Below are positions 28,695-41,456 of a DNA stretch of 64,000 bases, piece after piece. Within the stretch, counting starts at the first letter, position 1. Every line of letters starts with the position of its first letter. The stretch spans positions 218,488,001 through 218,552,000 of the forward strand of contig OX597814.1 of assembly GCA_951406725.2 (NCBI GenBank). The letters run 5' to 3'. The notes beneath the pieces were generated by a model. It was not told where the DNA came from, did not search any database, and worked only from the letters and a program-made list of their open reading frames with translations. A program made the position numbers and the translations under genes. This DNA is from Octopus vulgaris (taxonomy: Eukaryota).

Positions 28695-28809
28695 TGTTTG
28701 TGAAAACAAGGAGGATTATCCACACAGCAGACTTAACTGTTTTCTTAGGAATTCGGCACTTGACTTCATCAGGTCCCATTCTTAGTTCCTTACGTCTGAT
28801 GCTGGGCAT
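28695..28809 (-). CDS. Ly6/uPAR three-finger protein, coding exon 1 (signal peptide)
   Basis: MPSIRRKELRMGPDEVKCRIPKKTVKSAVWIILLVFTN + 1 nt, perfect donor GTAAGT; phase 1 joins exon 2 to give ...AVWIILLVFTNIIYPCNG/LRC; alternative ATG at 28779. Confidence 0.75.
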
Positions 28810-28988
28810 GGGACATTGCTTTCCTTTTTCTTGCTTTCTTTCCTTCTTCCTTTCCGTATATTTTTGCTTGCCTTTTTTTTCTTCTTTCCTTTTATTTATC
28901 TATTCCTTTATTTCTTCTTTTCAACTTTTCTTTCTTTTTTCTTCTCTTTCTGTTTGTTTCAGTCAAATTCCTTCTCAACTTCCAAATT

Positions 28989-29025
28989 CACTGCTAGATT
29001 CCTGGTAGATTTCTTTCTTTTATAG
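28989..29025 (-). promoter_or_regulatory. TATA box and initiator-like element of the Ly6 gene
   Basis: Minus strand CTATAAAAG at 29025-29017; GCAGTG with its A at 28992, 32 nt downstream; about 180 nt upstream of the ATG. Confidence 0.5.
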
Positions 29026-29037
29026 ATAGTTCTCCTC

Positions 29038-29048
29038 TGTGTGTGTGA

Positions 29049-29085
<37 letters not shown>

Positions 29086-29271
29086 GTTGCGTGTGTGCGT
29101 GTGTGTGTGTCTGTATGTATGTATGTATGTATGTGTGTATGTATGTGTGTGTGTATGTATGTATGTATAAGTGTGTGTGTATGTATGTATGTATGTGTGT
29201 GTGTATGTATGTATGTGTGTGTGTATGTATGTATGTATGTGTGTGTGTGTATGTATGTATGTATGTATGTA

Positions 29272-29302
<31 letters not shown>

Positions 29303-29355
29303 ATGTATGTATGTATGTATGTATGTGTGTATGTATGTGTGTGTGTATGTATGTA

Positions 29356-29388
<33 letters not shown>

Positions 29389-29703
29389 ATGTATGTGTGT
29401 GTATGTATGTATGTATGTATGTGTGTGTGTGTGCGTATGTATGTATGTATGTATGTATGTATGTGTGTGTATGTATGTATGTATGTATGTATGTATGCAT
29501 GCGTGTAAGTGTGTGTGTGAATGTATGTATGTATATATGCATGCATGTAAGTATGTATGTATGTATGTATGTATGTATGTATGTATGTATGTATGTATGT
29601 ATGCTTGCATGTATGTATGTATGTATGTATGTATGTATGTATGCATGCATGCATGCATGTATGTATGTATGTATTCATGCATGTATGTATGTATGTATGT
29701 ATG

Positions 29704-29734
<31 letters not shown>

Positions 29735-29800
29735 GTATGTATGGGTGTGTATGTATGTTTGCATGCATGAAAGTATGTATGTAATGTATGTATGTATGCT
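29038..29800. repeat. Compound (GT)n/(TATG)n microsatellite
   Basis: Direct inspection. Confidence 0.97.
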
Positions 29801-30176
29801 TATCAACCACATGGTTCCAGGGCACCTTGGGCGAGAGTGTCTTCTACCATAGCCTCAGGCCAACCAAAGCCTTGTGAGTGGATTTGGTAGACAGAAACTG
29901 AAAGAAGCCTGTCGTGTATATATATATGTGTGTGTGTTTGTCAGTGTGTGTGTGTGTGTTTGTGAATATGTTTGTGTGTCTGTGTTTATCCCCACCGACA
30001 TCTCTTGACAACCAATGTTGTGTGTTTACATCCCAGTAACTTAGCGGTTTGGCAAAAGAGATCGATAGAATAAGTACTAGGCTTACAAAGAATAAGTCCC
30101 GGGGTCGATTTCTTCGACTGAAGGTGGTGCTCCAGCATGGCCACAGTCAAATGACTGAAACAAGTAAAAGAATAAA
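29800..30176 (+). mobile_element. SINE family A (5' truncated)
   Basis: Homology to the other copies. Confidence 0.8.
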
Positions 30177-30220
30177 TGATTAGAAAAATGTATGTATGTA
30201 TGTATGAATGTATGTAATGA

Positions 30221-30251
<31 letters not shown>

Positions 30252-30479
30252 TGTGTTATGTGTAGTTTGGGTATGTATGTATGTATGTAACATATGGCTG
30301 TATGTGTGTATGTATGTATGTAATGTATGTATATATGTATCTATGTATGTATGCATGTATATGTGTATGTAATGTATGTATATATGTATCTATGTATGTA
30401 TGCATTTATATGTGTATATGTGTGCTGCATCTGTGACAATCTATCTAAGTATGTGTGAATGCTTATCTGTGACTATCCG

Positions 30480-30517
<38 letters not shown>

Positions 30518-31227
30518 TGTATACACACACATGTCTATGTTTGTGTATATGGATACATGAGGGTATGTGTAAGTATGACTTTATATGCATATATACACAA
30601 GCTTGTAAGAGAGAGTGTAAATGAATTTATGAATTTGCTTGTGTATACAAGCATAAAAGTCAGTATGTGTGTGTGAATATATTGACGCACTTACATATAT
30701 ATATATGTGTAAAACAGTATATAAATGTAAGCAATTAGGATACTGTCGCCTAGCCCCAGGTTATCCCTGATTGAGTAGACCTATTATCAAAAGTGTTCCA
30801 GCCATTATCTTCCCATCTTTTTTTTCCAGACATCATGTCCCTAATACTACATTAGATGTAGTCTTAAGTACAATCTTTTATAAAACAGTTAATGCGAGTT
30901 AAGAAAACTTGGCTGCTATATCTAGTCTGTTGAGAAACCACATAGAGGTTCCTTGTAAGGCTCCTTTGTTGGCTCGAGATAATTCATCCATTTTCAAAGT
31001 GTAGCTATTACAGTTCCCAGTCTTGTCAGTCATACCAGATTATTAAAGCACAACTTTAATCTAAATTCTGTCGTCTCTTTCCTTTCATTGATGCAATGAT
31101 TTCTTTCCTTTCTTAAACCTTCAACTCCAGACGGAATTATAGTAGTACAGTCATGGCAAATGGTGTGTCTTAAGCCTTTTTAACCTGACATCTCATCCTC
31201 TCCAGGTCTGGCCATAAATAAATGTTC

Positions 31228-31807
31228 CGCGTAGCCCCTGCCCATTCAAAGTACCTTGGATCCCGGAACATCTCGCTGTGCTTGAGGAGACCTGTTGAGT
31301 CAAGTGCATGAACATCGAAACAAATATCAATGGAAATAGTAGTTGTGATACCTGTGCTGGTGGCACATAAAAAGCACCATCCGAACGTGGCCGTTGCCAG
31401 TGCCGCCTCGACTGGCTTCTGTGCCGGTGGCACATAAAAAGCACCATCTGAACGTGGCTGATGACAGCGCCGCCTCGACTGGCTTCTGTGCCGGTGGCAC
31501 ATAAAAAGCACCATCCGAACGTGGCTGATGCCAGCGCCACCTTGGCTGGCTTCCGTGCCGGTGGCACATTAAAAGCACCAACCAATCGTGGCCGATGCCG
31601 GACCCCCCTGGCACCTGTGTCGGTGGCACATAAAATCACCCACTACACTCTCGGAGTGGTTGGCGTTAGGAAGGGCATCCAGCTGTAGAAACACTGCCAG
31701 ATCAGACTGGAGCCTGATGCAGCCCCTGGCTTCCCAGACCCCAGTCGAACCGTCCAACCCGTGCTAGTGCGGAAAACGGACATTAAATGATGATGATGAT
31801 GATGATG
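31228..31807 (+). mobile_element. RTE LINE 3' UTR fragment with (GAT)n tail
   Basis: Highly similar inverted counterpart of 1566-2125. Confidence 0.8.
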
Positions 31808-32630
31808 TATACGAGGAGCATAACTTCTTTATTCTCTGTCCTTTTTCATTCAAATTGCACATGTTGGTCGAGGGTCTGTTCCTATATACAAAGGTAGTAC
31901 TCAATAAAGTTTTCATTGCAATGATTTATTTACACCATCATCAAACCTAACTCTCAAATCCTTTTTGCAAAAATTTAGGTCTACACTGTTGTATCCACTT
32001 CTTCGCTGCCAGATTCACCGCATCTGTTGTCAATTCATTGTTCCAAAAGACTGTACTTCATTTGACAAAACATCTGGAAGTCAGGGTTTCCAGATCTGGG
32101 CTGTACAGTAGCCGGAGGACCTCTGGCCAATCCCAATTTACCAATTGCCTGAAGTGTGAGATCACATATTGTAATGGTGTATGTGGGTCCTTTTCAGATT
32201 CTTGTTTGGTCCCTTCTTTTAAATGGTCTAAGCTTTTTTTTTAGTGTCACTATGTACTGCTCTCTGTTCAGGGTACAGCCATGTTCCAGAAAATCAAGGA
32301 GAATGACACCCTTGTCAACCTACCCAAACAGTCACTGACTTTCTGTGCTAATTGCTGCTCTTGAACTTCTTAGGTCTTGGAGAAGAGGTGCGATGCGATT
32401 CTATGGAATGAAACCTTCATTTCCAGATCATCCCCTGCTACCAGAATAAAACAAAATGTGTCTTCATTGACTCTAGGCACTTCCAGTAAACCTGAGCAGA
32501 CTCTCACTCCTCTCTTCAGGGATCAGCTATCAATTTCAACACCCCAAAATCCTTCATCCTCTTGTGTAATGTATTGTTACAGTTCAGTTGTGCAAATCTA
32601 TTCATTCACTTATGGTACATGTTAACGGTT
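31808..32630 (-). pseudogene. Degenerate mariner transposon remnant
   Basis: Minus-strand YSPDL-like motif near 32070-32140; TATACGAGG terminus at 31808. Confidence 0.55.
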
Positions 32631-32649
32631 GAAGTTGATGGACTCCCTC

Positions 32650-33018
32650 TGTGTCGTTTCGAAATCGAATTGAACCAGCCAGGATCCCTGGTCTGGTGGT
32701 ACGTAAAAAGCACCATCCGAATCATGGCCGAAGCCAGTGCCGCCTTGACTGGCTTCCGTGCCAGTGGCATATAAAATACACCAATCCGACCGTGGCCGTT
32801 GCCAGCCTCGCCTGGCACCAGTGCAGGTGGCACGTAAAAAGCACCCACTATACTCACAGAGTGGTTGGCGTTAGGAAGGGCATCCAGCTGTAGAAACATT
32901 GCCAGATAAGACCGGAGCCTGGTGCAGCCATCTGGCTTCCCAGATCCCCAGTCGAACCGTCCAACCCATGCTAGCATGGAGAATGGATGTTAAACGATGA
33001 TGATGATGATGATGATGA
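32650..33018 (+). mobile_element. RTE LINE 3' UTR fragment
   Basis: Family homology, (GAT)n tail. Confidence 0.78.
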
Positions 33019-33779
33019 TAGTTTCCTCTTTTTAAACTTCCTCATCTATTTTTGCACATTACACTTGACAATGATGCTGTCTGTAAAACAACCCCTGTAA
33101 GGTTCTGCAGATCTAAGATGGCTTGCAGTCTTCCTTTGTCAATAACTTAGTTGAGAGCCTGTTGCTTCTGCTTGGACCCTATTATTTGCCTGCAATGGAG
33201 AACAGGAAGAAGAGCTACTATAAACGAAGAGCTAATCTAGTGTCGCAAGAGGTGTCTGCATGAGGCTGTGTGTTAATGATATCACAACACCATGCTAACA
33301 TTTAATGGTAGCTTTTACTTCACTGTACAAGTAATATTCAGATTGGTCATGAATTATAAAGTTCCACAACAAATCAGCAAAATTAAAGGAATAATTCTGT
33401 AGCATTCATAAATAAGCTTGTTAAGACAGGAGAAAATATAGATGCTGGGTTCGATTTGTAAAACTATAGCAGCATGTCTGCAAAACATGAACTATAAAAT
33501 TAAGCATGGGACTTGGGTGGGCCCAGAAGTATAGGGTTAGTGACAGCATGCGAATGGCTGAGGGGACCTTGCTGGAAGGAGAGGAGTGAAGGGGGTCATG
33601 TGAACAGAAGCATGATTAGTGTCGACTTCTTTTTCCTCGACACAGGATGGACTTGTATGATAGTGTGAATTGAAGGAACTTGCCATTAGGTTCTGGCCAA
33701 TGGTTATGTGGGTGGGGCTCCCGCAGATATATTCTGACATACATTCATACTCTTAAACATTAATTTAGTTCTCATAACT

Positions 33780-34685
33780 GAATCTTTAGGGGGATTAGAG
33801 AGGAAATTCTGGGTATGAAAGCTAAACCTGACCTGGAGTCAAGAGATCTTAGCATAAACTTAGCAAAGACAAAAGTTTTAATTAATAGGAAAGAAGACAG
33901 GATCCTGGTACCCTCAAGGAATTGGCCTTGCTCAATATGCAGAAAAAGAGCAGGTATAAACTGCATATACTATACTCATTGTAATCTATGGACACACAAG
34001 GGATGTGGCTGAATCATAGGTAGACTATCAGAGATCATAAGCTTCATATGTGATAGATGCTCGGGAACAGTACTTTCCACAAACACATCAGAAATAGAAC
34101 CCCTTGGATGCCTCGATGGCTCACTGTAAGTTGTTGATAGTTTTTGCAACCTGAAAGCTGTCATCAGCGAGGGAGATGGTTGTTCTGAAGGTATAGTAGC
34201 CAGAGTAAGAATGGGCTAGAAAAAGTTCAGGGAGCTCGTACTGCTTGCAACAAAGGTCTTCTCTCACTAAGTGAAAGGCAGATTTTATGATGCTTGTGAA
34301 GCATGGTAGTGAGACATGAGCTTTGAATACAGAAGACTTGAGAAGACGGAAGGAAATAAAGTGAACATGCTCTGTTGAATATTCAGTGTTGCATGAATGA
34401 CATAGTATAAATGTGCTGAGATTTTGTTCTGGGCAAAAGGGGAATTAGATGTAGTGTGTAAGAAAGAAGACTGCAGGGGTATGGACACTTAATGTGTGAG
34501 GATGAGGATAGCAGTATAAAGAAATGTCAATCACTAACTGTAGGTGGAGCCTTGGATGAAGAAGACCCAGGAAGACATGGGAAGAAGTGGTAAAAACTGA
34601 CCTCAGAACTCTGACAAAGGACGACTAGGATATCTGACTATACGAGGTTCTTATGAAAAGTAACTCATCAAGACAAAAGTGACTT
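33780..34685 (+). pseudogene. Degenerate RTE LINE ORF2 (post-RT region with Cys/His-rich insert)
   Basis: LESRDLSINLAKTKVLI...WPCSICRKRAGINCIYYTHCNLWTHKGC...VVDSFCNL...RPRKTWEEVVKTDLR; many stops and frameshifts. Confidence 0.8.
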
Positions 34686-34784
34686 CTAGAAGCACTGCAT
34701 GGGTATATATTGTATACGTGTGCATATGTGTGTGTGTGTATATATATAGACATCATATGTTGTGTGTGTGTATGTTTATATATA

Positions 34785-35249
34785 TGTAGCGGCACAAGCA
34801 GTCAGCGCCATATTGGATGAGATCTTTCGGCAACCATTGCCATCTCTGAGACTGGAGTGAGACCTCACCTGCATCCATTTGCCATGTGCGAGATTACAAC
34901 AATGGAAAACTGTATATAAGGGAAAAACGGATTGAGATTCTTGCTCTCTTTTGCTGCCTCTTTGCGGCAGCGCTTGCTGATCGCACTCCATTGGCTGGTC
35001 CTGTCTGTAGGTTGTACCTCCAGAGGCAATGCGCTCGCACTAACGGAGCGACTACACAATGCACACAGCTAAAGGTGGTTGCTGAGAGCAGCACACTTCA
35101 CCTATCCTGTGAAACCTGTAAATAAACCAGTTGCAAATTGCATTTGTACTTGAGGTCTTCTCTCTTCGCCTGCCGGAGCCTGAACTACACGAAGAACAAA
35201 AAGATGATAGAAGACGATATTCTTCCGATATCGTAAACCTTGCCCTCCA
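34785..35249 (+). mobile_element. Solo LTR inserted in a TA run
   Basis: TGTAG...CTCCA termini, TATATAA near 34913, AATAAA near 35121, TA repeats on both flanks. Confidence 0.65.
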
Positions 35250-35263
35250 TTATATATATATTA

Positions 35264-35647
35264 TGTGGAGGCGCAATGGCCCAGTGGTTAGGGCAGCGGA
35301 CTCGCGGTCATAGGATCGCGGTTTCGATTCCCAGACCGGGCGTTGTGAGTGTTTATTGAGTGAAAACACCTAAAGCTCCACGAGGCTCCGGCAGGGGATG
35401 GTGGTGATCCCTGCTGTACTCTTTCACCACAACTTTCTCTCACTCTTACTTCCTGTTTCTGTTGTACCTGTATTTCAAAGGGCCGGCCTTGTCACTCTCT
35501 GTGTCACGCTGAATATCCCCGAGAACTACGTTAAGGGTACACGTGTCTGTGGAGTGCTCAGCCACTTACCCGTTAATTTCACGAGCAGGCTGTTCCGTTG
35601 ATTCGGATCAACTGGAACCCTCGTCGTCGTAACCAATGGAGTGCTTA
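35264..35647 (+). mobile_element. SINE family B (tRNA-Arg-like head)
   Basis: Full-length copy with A and B boxes. Confidence 0.85.
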
Positions 35648-36283
35648 CCTCTGGAAGTGTGCTGTGCGCGAGAAGACCCGGCAGGACAAGTGAGTCCATA
35701 ACCCGTGGCCTTCTACATGGGATGGAGCCGGCCTACGTATGCATACCTTCCCTTCTTGGGACACAAAACTCTACTTGTGAAGACATGTTGAGGCAAGTGA
35801 GGATCAGAATCGAAATCGATCAATGGAAATTGCGGATGTGCTACCAGTGCCGGTGGCATGTCAAAACTCTGCTTGTGAAGACCCGTTGAGGCAAGTGAGG
35901 ATCAGAATCGAAATCGATCAATGGAAATTGCAGATGTGTTACCAGTGCCGGTGGCATGTAAGAGAACTTTCCGTTTCGCGACCGTTGCCAGCACCGCCCC
36001 GTTTCGTGTCCGTTGCCAGCCTCGCCTGGCCCTCGTGCCGGTGGCACATAAAAAGCACCATCCGTTCGTGGCCGTTTGCCAGCTCTGTCTGGCACCAGTG
36101 CGGGTGGCACGTAAAAAGCACCCACTACACTCACGGAGTGGTTGGCGTTAGGAAGGGCATCCAGCCGTAGAAACACTGCCAGATCTGACTGGGCCTGATG
36201 AAGCCTTCTGGCTTCACAGACCCCAGTAGAACCGTCCAACCCATGCTAGCATGGAAAACAGACGCTAAACGATGATGATGATG
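35648..36283 (+). mobile_element. RTE LINE 3' end: last ORF2 codons plus 3' UTR with tandem hairpin units and (GAT)n tail
   Basis: LWKCAVREKTRQDK* followed by UTR; GTGCCGGTGGCAC units; GATGATG tail. Confidence 0.75.
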
Positions 36284-36496
36284 TAATGAGAGCGTCATGA
36301 AGCTGCATCAAAGAAATGAATGGAGAACAATATTAATTGTTTATTAAGATGGCCTTTTATCTTATTGATGATTATGATGGTAAAATATATAAAAAAGAAC
36401 CCAACTTTGTGAAGCTGTTTGTGTAGACAAGTTATTTGTAGATCTCCAGTCCATTCCGCATGATTGTTGAGTTCATCTCTGTGAAGACTAGGGAGG

Positions 36497-36608
<112 letters not shown>

Positions 36609-36834
36609 AAGAGGGAAAGAGAGTAAGTAAGTCATGTAGGGAGGGTGATAGATCTACATTCGCTTGTTGTTCCGCATACTGAAAGAGTTTCTCTTTGTCC
36701 AGAGACAGATTGACTCAAAGAGAAAGAAGGCTATTTGGCTTCAAGTTCTTTGCAACTAAACCAGGGCAAGCAAAAACAAAGGATTTACTTCTCTCTACTG
36801 ATGATTACCTCGAGAAAGATAAAAATGTCAGCTT

Positions 36835-37245
36835 CATCATCATCATCATCATCGTTTAATGTCCGCTTTCCATGCTAGCATGGCTTGGACGATTTGACTG
36901 AGGACTGGCGTGCCAGATGGCTGCACCAGGCTCCAGTCTTGATCTGGCAGAGTTTCTACAGCTGGATACCCTTCATAGCACCAACCACTCTGAGAGTGTA
37001 GTGGGTGCTTTTACGTGCCACCTGCACAAGGGCCAGTCTTGCGGTACTGGCAACGGCCATGAAAAAATCGTTTTTTTTTTTCACGTGTCACCTGCACAAG
37101 TGCCAGTAAGGTGATGCTGGTAACGATCATGCTCGAATGGTGCTTTTTATGTGCCACCGGCACGAACGCCATTTAGCCGCTCTGGCAATGACCATGCTCG
37201 GATAGTGCTCCACTTGCACGGATGCCAGTCATCGAATTTGATTTC
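36835..37245 (-). mobile_element. RTE LINE 3' UTR fragment (variant subfamily)
   Basis: Family homology. Confidence 0.7.
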
Positions 37246-37639
37246 AGCTTATTCTTATAAATTTCTTAGTGCAACAGGTTATATATATATAATATATATA
37301 AGCACATCAATCAATCCCCTCCTCTTATGACCATCCCACTTTCTACATTTCCCCCACTGCATCTCCTCCCCCCACCCGATACCACTTTTCTCTTACAATC
37401 TGGAACCATCTCACTTGTTAGCCATTGTTCTTCTATTAATTTTGTTCTCCACACCTACATGTCACAGTAGCTATCTCATCACTTCTCCCTGGACCAACAA
37501 ATTATCTCTCCTCATGCACTATGCTTATCTCTCTCCTCTGCTCGTGCAGCCTTCTCAAACACGGAGGGAGTGGGGTCGATGTAATTGAGTTACCCCTTCC
37601 CACGAAATTGCTGCCCTTATGCCAAGATTTGAAACGAAG

Positions 37640-38005
37640 AGGCGCAGGAGTGGCTGTGTGGTAGGTAGCTTGCTTTCCAGCCACATGGTTCCGGGTTCAG
37701 TCTCACTGCGTGGCACCTTGGGCAAGTGTCTTCTACTATAGCCTTGGGCTGACCAAAGTCTTGTGAGTGGATTTGGTAGACGGAAACTGAAAGAAGCCCG
37801 TCGTATGTATATATATATAAAGTTAATCCAAATATGAAAACACAACAACGCGAAGACGTGGAACAAGTATAGTGTTATTGGACGCTCAGGAAAGAAGGAG
37901 GGTTTAACGTTTCGAGCGGAGCTCTTCGTCAGAAACATAGGAAAAGGAAAGATCCAAAGAAAGGAAGACGGATGAAAAAATCGCCAACGGTACACACGCG
38001 GTCAC

Positions 38006-38045
<40 letters not shown>

Positions 38046-38255
38046 ATTATATGTTTGGGTCTGTGTTTGTCCTCCCAACATCGCTTGATAACCGATGCTG
38101 GTGTGTTTACGTCCCCGTAACTTAACGGTTCGGCAAGAAAGACCGCTAGAATAAGTACTAGGCTTACAAAGAATAAGTCCTGGGGTCGATTTTCTCGACT
38201 AAAGGAGGTGCTCCAGCATGGCCACAGTCAAATGACTGAAACAAATAAAAGAATT
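37640..38255 (+). mobile_element. SINE family A carrying a hammerhead-containing insertion (37818-38005) in its internal TA run
   Basis: SINE halves flank an unrelated ~190-bp segment bounded by TA repeats. Confidence 0.8.
37902..37936 (-). ncRNA. Minimal hammerhead ribozyme motif
   Basis: Minus strand GTTT-CTGACGA-AGAGCTCCGCTC-GAAA-CG-TT-AAAC; stem II GAGC/GCTC; palindromic ACGT stem III. Confidence 0.7.
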
Positions 38256-40360
38256 CATTGAAAAATGATATTTATCAATTACTTTGTAATTCCGAGACTT
38301 TTACAGACATTTGGAGTCGGTGCGTGAAATAAATGAAAAACAGACGAGTGGTCTCCCTTAGACTATTTTCCTGACCACTTTGCTTCTCCGCAAAAGATAA
38401 GTCCTGATCCCGCGGACCTACTTTCAAAGTCTTCCACCTTGACCATTCATCCTATTTAGAGACAGAAAAATCTACGTCTCTATCTATTCTTCCTTTTTAA
38501 ACGGTTTAATTTGAGTACTAGTTCAAGCAAGCAGTCAAAAGACCACGTCGACGCTCCACCCTTTCTTTGGTCTGAAGATAATGCGGCAAATTTGTTTTGG
38601 TTTATACAAATTGAATATGCTCCAAATCTATTTTACTGGTTATTTTCGACTCAGAATGGGTGAAAAATAAAGTCGATCTTAGGAGATCTGAATTTAGAGT
38701 CAAAAAGGCAGTAACTAAATACTGTAATGTATTTTGTTTGATATTATTAGGAATTTTTCTGTAGCATGCGTATTGGTAATTACCTAAACAAATGCTTCAA
38801 TGCTCATACGAATAGTATCTTCCTAAAGAATTTTAATGCAAAAGTTGATCGAAATGCTTTGTCGTATTTCTGTGTTGAGATCCACTCGACGTCGACTTTT
38901 CCTGTAATGGACATGGATGAGTTCCCCCAGAGTTCAGCTTCCCAACTTCTCTGTCTCATAGACCTTAGCCTAACTTCAGTTCTGAACCCCTATTTCTACC
39001 ACTGGATTTTGCCTTTCATCCTACTGGACTGAATAAAATAACAGTACTCGCGACAATTTAATCGGCTATTCCCCACTGCAAAATTTTAAACTTTTTACAT
39101 CAATAGTGATTAGTAAGAATATAGTATGATGTTTGAAAAGTATTTTTAAAAAATTAGTTTTCCTACGCTAATCGATGCACGTGTAGTAGCAGTGTAATTG
39201 TAATAGTTACCATGGCAGCCAAATAGTGTTAATGCAGGCCATTTATTTTTGATTGAATAAGCAAAAGTCAAATGTGTAAAGGGCACAAATATTTCACTAG
39301 AGTTTGAATCATTATTATTTGTGTAAGAAATCATTATGTATGGGTGTACGTATAATTATTTTAAAATTAGGCGAAAGGAAAAGACAACAGGTCAGTTTAT
39401 TTAAAGAGGGTCAACATAAATTAAAACAATTACGAAAATTAGTAATACATATAGTCATTAGTTATACATTAGTAATACATGGACATGCTATTGCCACCCT
39501 ATGATATGAACAAGCTTAATGCTGCAAATGGTCCTTCCTAAGGCAGAATCGTTTGTCACCCATGCAAAATGCTGAGCGGAGTTTCGCTCGTTTTAACATT
39601 GTGTTCAAATTCTGTCAAGATCAACTTTGCTTTTGGATGCCGGTCAAAGTGAAAAGATGCTTGCTTTTCATTCTTTCGAGGTCGAAAAAGTAAGTACCAG
39701 TTGATCATTGTAGACAATGTAATCTTCTCTTCTCCCGAAATTGCTGGCCTTGTGCCAAAATCTGAAATCAATATTCTTTCTTTTCGTGCAAACCCTTCAG
39801 AATTTAGTCTGACAATAGAATGAGAATTTGTGATGTTCTAAAGAGAAGTAGAGTCGCTGAAAACGTCAGCTTCCAACAGTCGATTAATTTGTATTTGTAA
39901 TTTAAGAATAGGTTCAGATGAAGTGCTTTTAATTAATTTTTGAGAATAAACATTACACTTCAATAGGTAAGGCTGTAGTTTGGAAAATTCATTTAGCCCC
40001 ATGTAAAGGAAACACTCGCTTAATTCCAATCAAATTTATAAATCTAGCCTGTTCGCTCTTCTGCGAGAAATAACAACCAAATCTCTCGTAAATTACACCC
40101 TAACGTCTTAAGAACACGTAGTTCGAGAAATCCCTAAAAATAAGGGAATGATCATGGCTGGAATTCTCTAATCAGGGGTCTGCTTGTCCAGGGTTGACGT
40201 AGAGCAACCTATTATAAATCGCTAATGTTAACAATGATCAGTAATGAAAATATTTAAGAAAATTATTTTTTTTCAAAGCTTTCAACAAGCTCAATGAATT
40301 AAGTATGTTTGAGGATGAAAATACAGAGGGATATTTTAGACATTTGGCGAACACACATAC

Positions 40361-40481
40361 ACACGTTGGGATTTGTTCGTATCTTAGACCCATGGACGCA
40401 AACTTCGCGGCTAAATTGATCTCTGAGGTGTGTGTACGCACCAACATTCAGTTTCTTTAACATGTTTCTCATAAATTCCAT
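40361..40481 (-). CDS. Candidate first coding exon of an unidentified gene (exon about 40638-40361)
   Basis: Acceptor tttttcttttcAG at 40639; ATG 40481; MEFMRNMLKKLNVGAYTHLRDQFSREVCVHGSKIRTNPNV; donor GTATGT, phase 1; repeat-free context; no homolog recognised. Confidence 0.4.
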
Positions 40482-40849
40482 TTAGAAATATGTTAGTTTC
40501 GATCGCATTCCAGTTGAATTGCATTTTAGCTTCAGAGATAGCCTCTAAGTGGTCGCTCAAACTATTAGAAAAATCAGCCAAATTTCTTTTTTTCAAATTG
40601 CACCCAAATCTTGAGAAAAAAACACTGGAGGATGTAGTCTGAAAAGAAAAAAAAAAGATGAGATAATCACAACTGGAAAGTCTTTGATTATCGATCTGTG
40701 AAATCAAAGTGAACCTGGGGTTAAATGATGTCAACATTGCAATGGAACTTGAGGAAAGTGGTTTGTTAATTAGCGATTGAAGTCTGGTGGTTGGAATGAA
40801 TGAAGTCGACGTTGGCTGATGACTCATAGCAAAGGGGAGATAAATCCTC

Positions 40850-41180
40850 ATCAAAACAAGCCAAGTCAATAATCGATGTCACATTTCTTTAGAGTCTTCG
40901 CGCACCGACTGTTTGATCTCTCTCAGCTTTGTGTCTCTCCTTTTTGCATCACACACAGACACACACCCAGAGTACGTTGACAGTTTCATTCACTAATAAT
41001 GGAAAGGGAGAAGAGTAACTTACTGTTGGAAAAGTGGGGAAATGATCGAACGGCCGCCAGAAGGGTTTATAGAGAAAGCAAATGATAGGAGCTGCAGTTG
41101 GCCTATAATTGTCTGGCAGCATTTGTGTGCGAATTCATTCGTGGAAACGGGAGATTTTTAGTTAAAATAAACATGAACGT
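40850..41180. promoter_or_regulatory. Candidate bidirectional promoter region
   Basis: Transposon-free, CpG-richer island with divergent candidate exons on both sides. Confidence 0.4.
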
Positions 41181-41456
41181 ATGGTAGTTAGTTTGAAGAC
41201 TAATTTATATATTTTGTGATTATTTCATATATGAGGCAGAACGAAGAAAATATATACCTACACACACACACACGCAAGGACGAAAGAGGGAAACTGTGAA
41301 ACACAGAAAGCAAAATATATTACGGAATATAAACTTGAATTCCGTGAATTTGCGGGATACATTCCTTCGTTTAAAGAAAAACAAACAAAACAAAACGTCC
41401 ACAAAGCATCCGATTCCATTCTGGTCAGGAGTTGATGTTATTGATTTTTCTTTCAG

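Noticed and set aside
28959-29852. Long HTYI and MYVC ORFs
   Set aside because: Translations of (TACA)n/(TATG)n microsatellites
33063-33189. Minus-strand exon candidate after a strong acceptor
   Set aside because: Stop codons in all three frames
35264-35340. tRNA-Arg gene
   Set aside because: It is the tRNA-derived head of a multi-copy SINE; the cloverleaf is incomplete and continues into the SINE body
39832-39873. CTAAAGA...GAAAACGTC hammerhead-like motif
   Set aside because: Core mutated and stems poorly paired
40411-40869. 152-aa minus-strand ORF
   Set aside because: Runs through a polypyrimidine acceptor (IFFFSFQ) and has no recognisable domain; more likely UTR and intron
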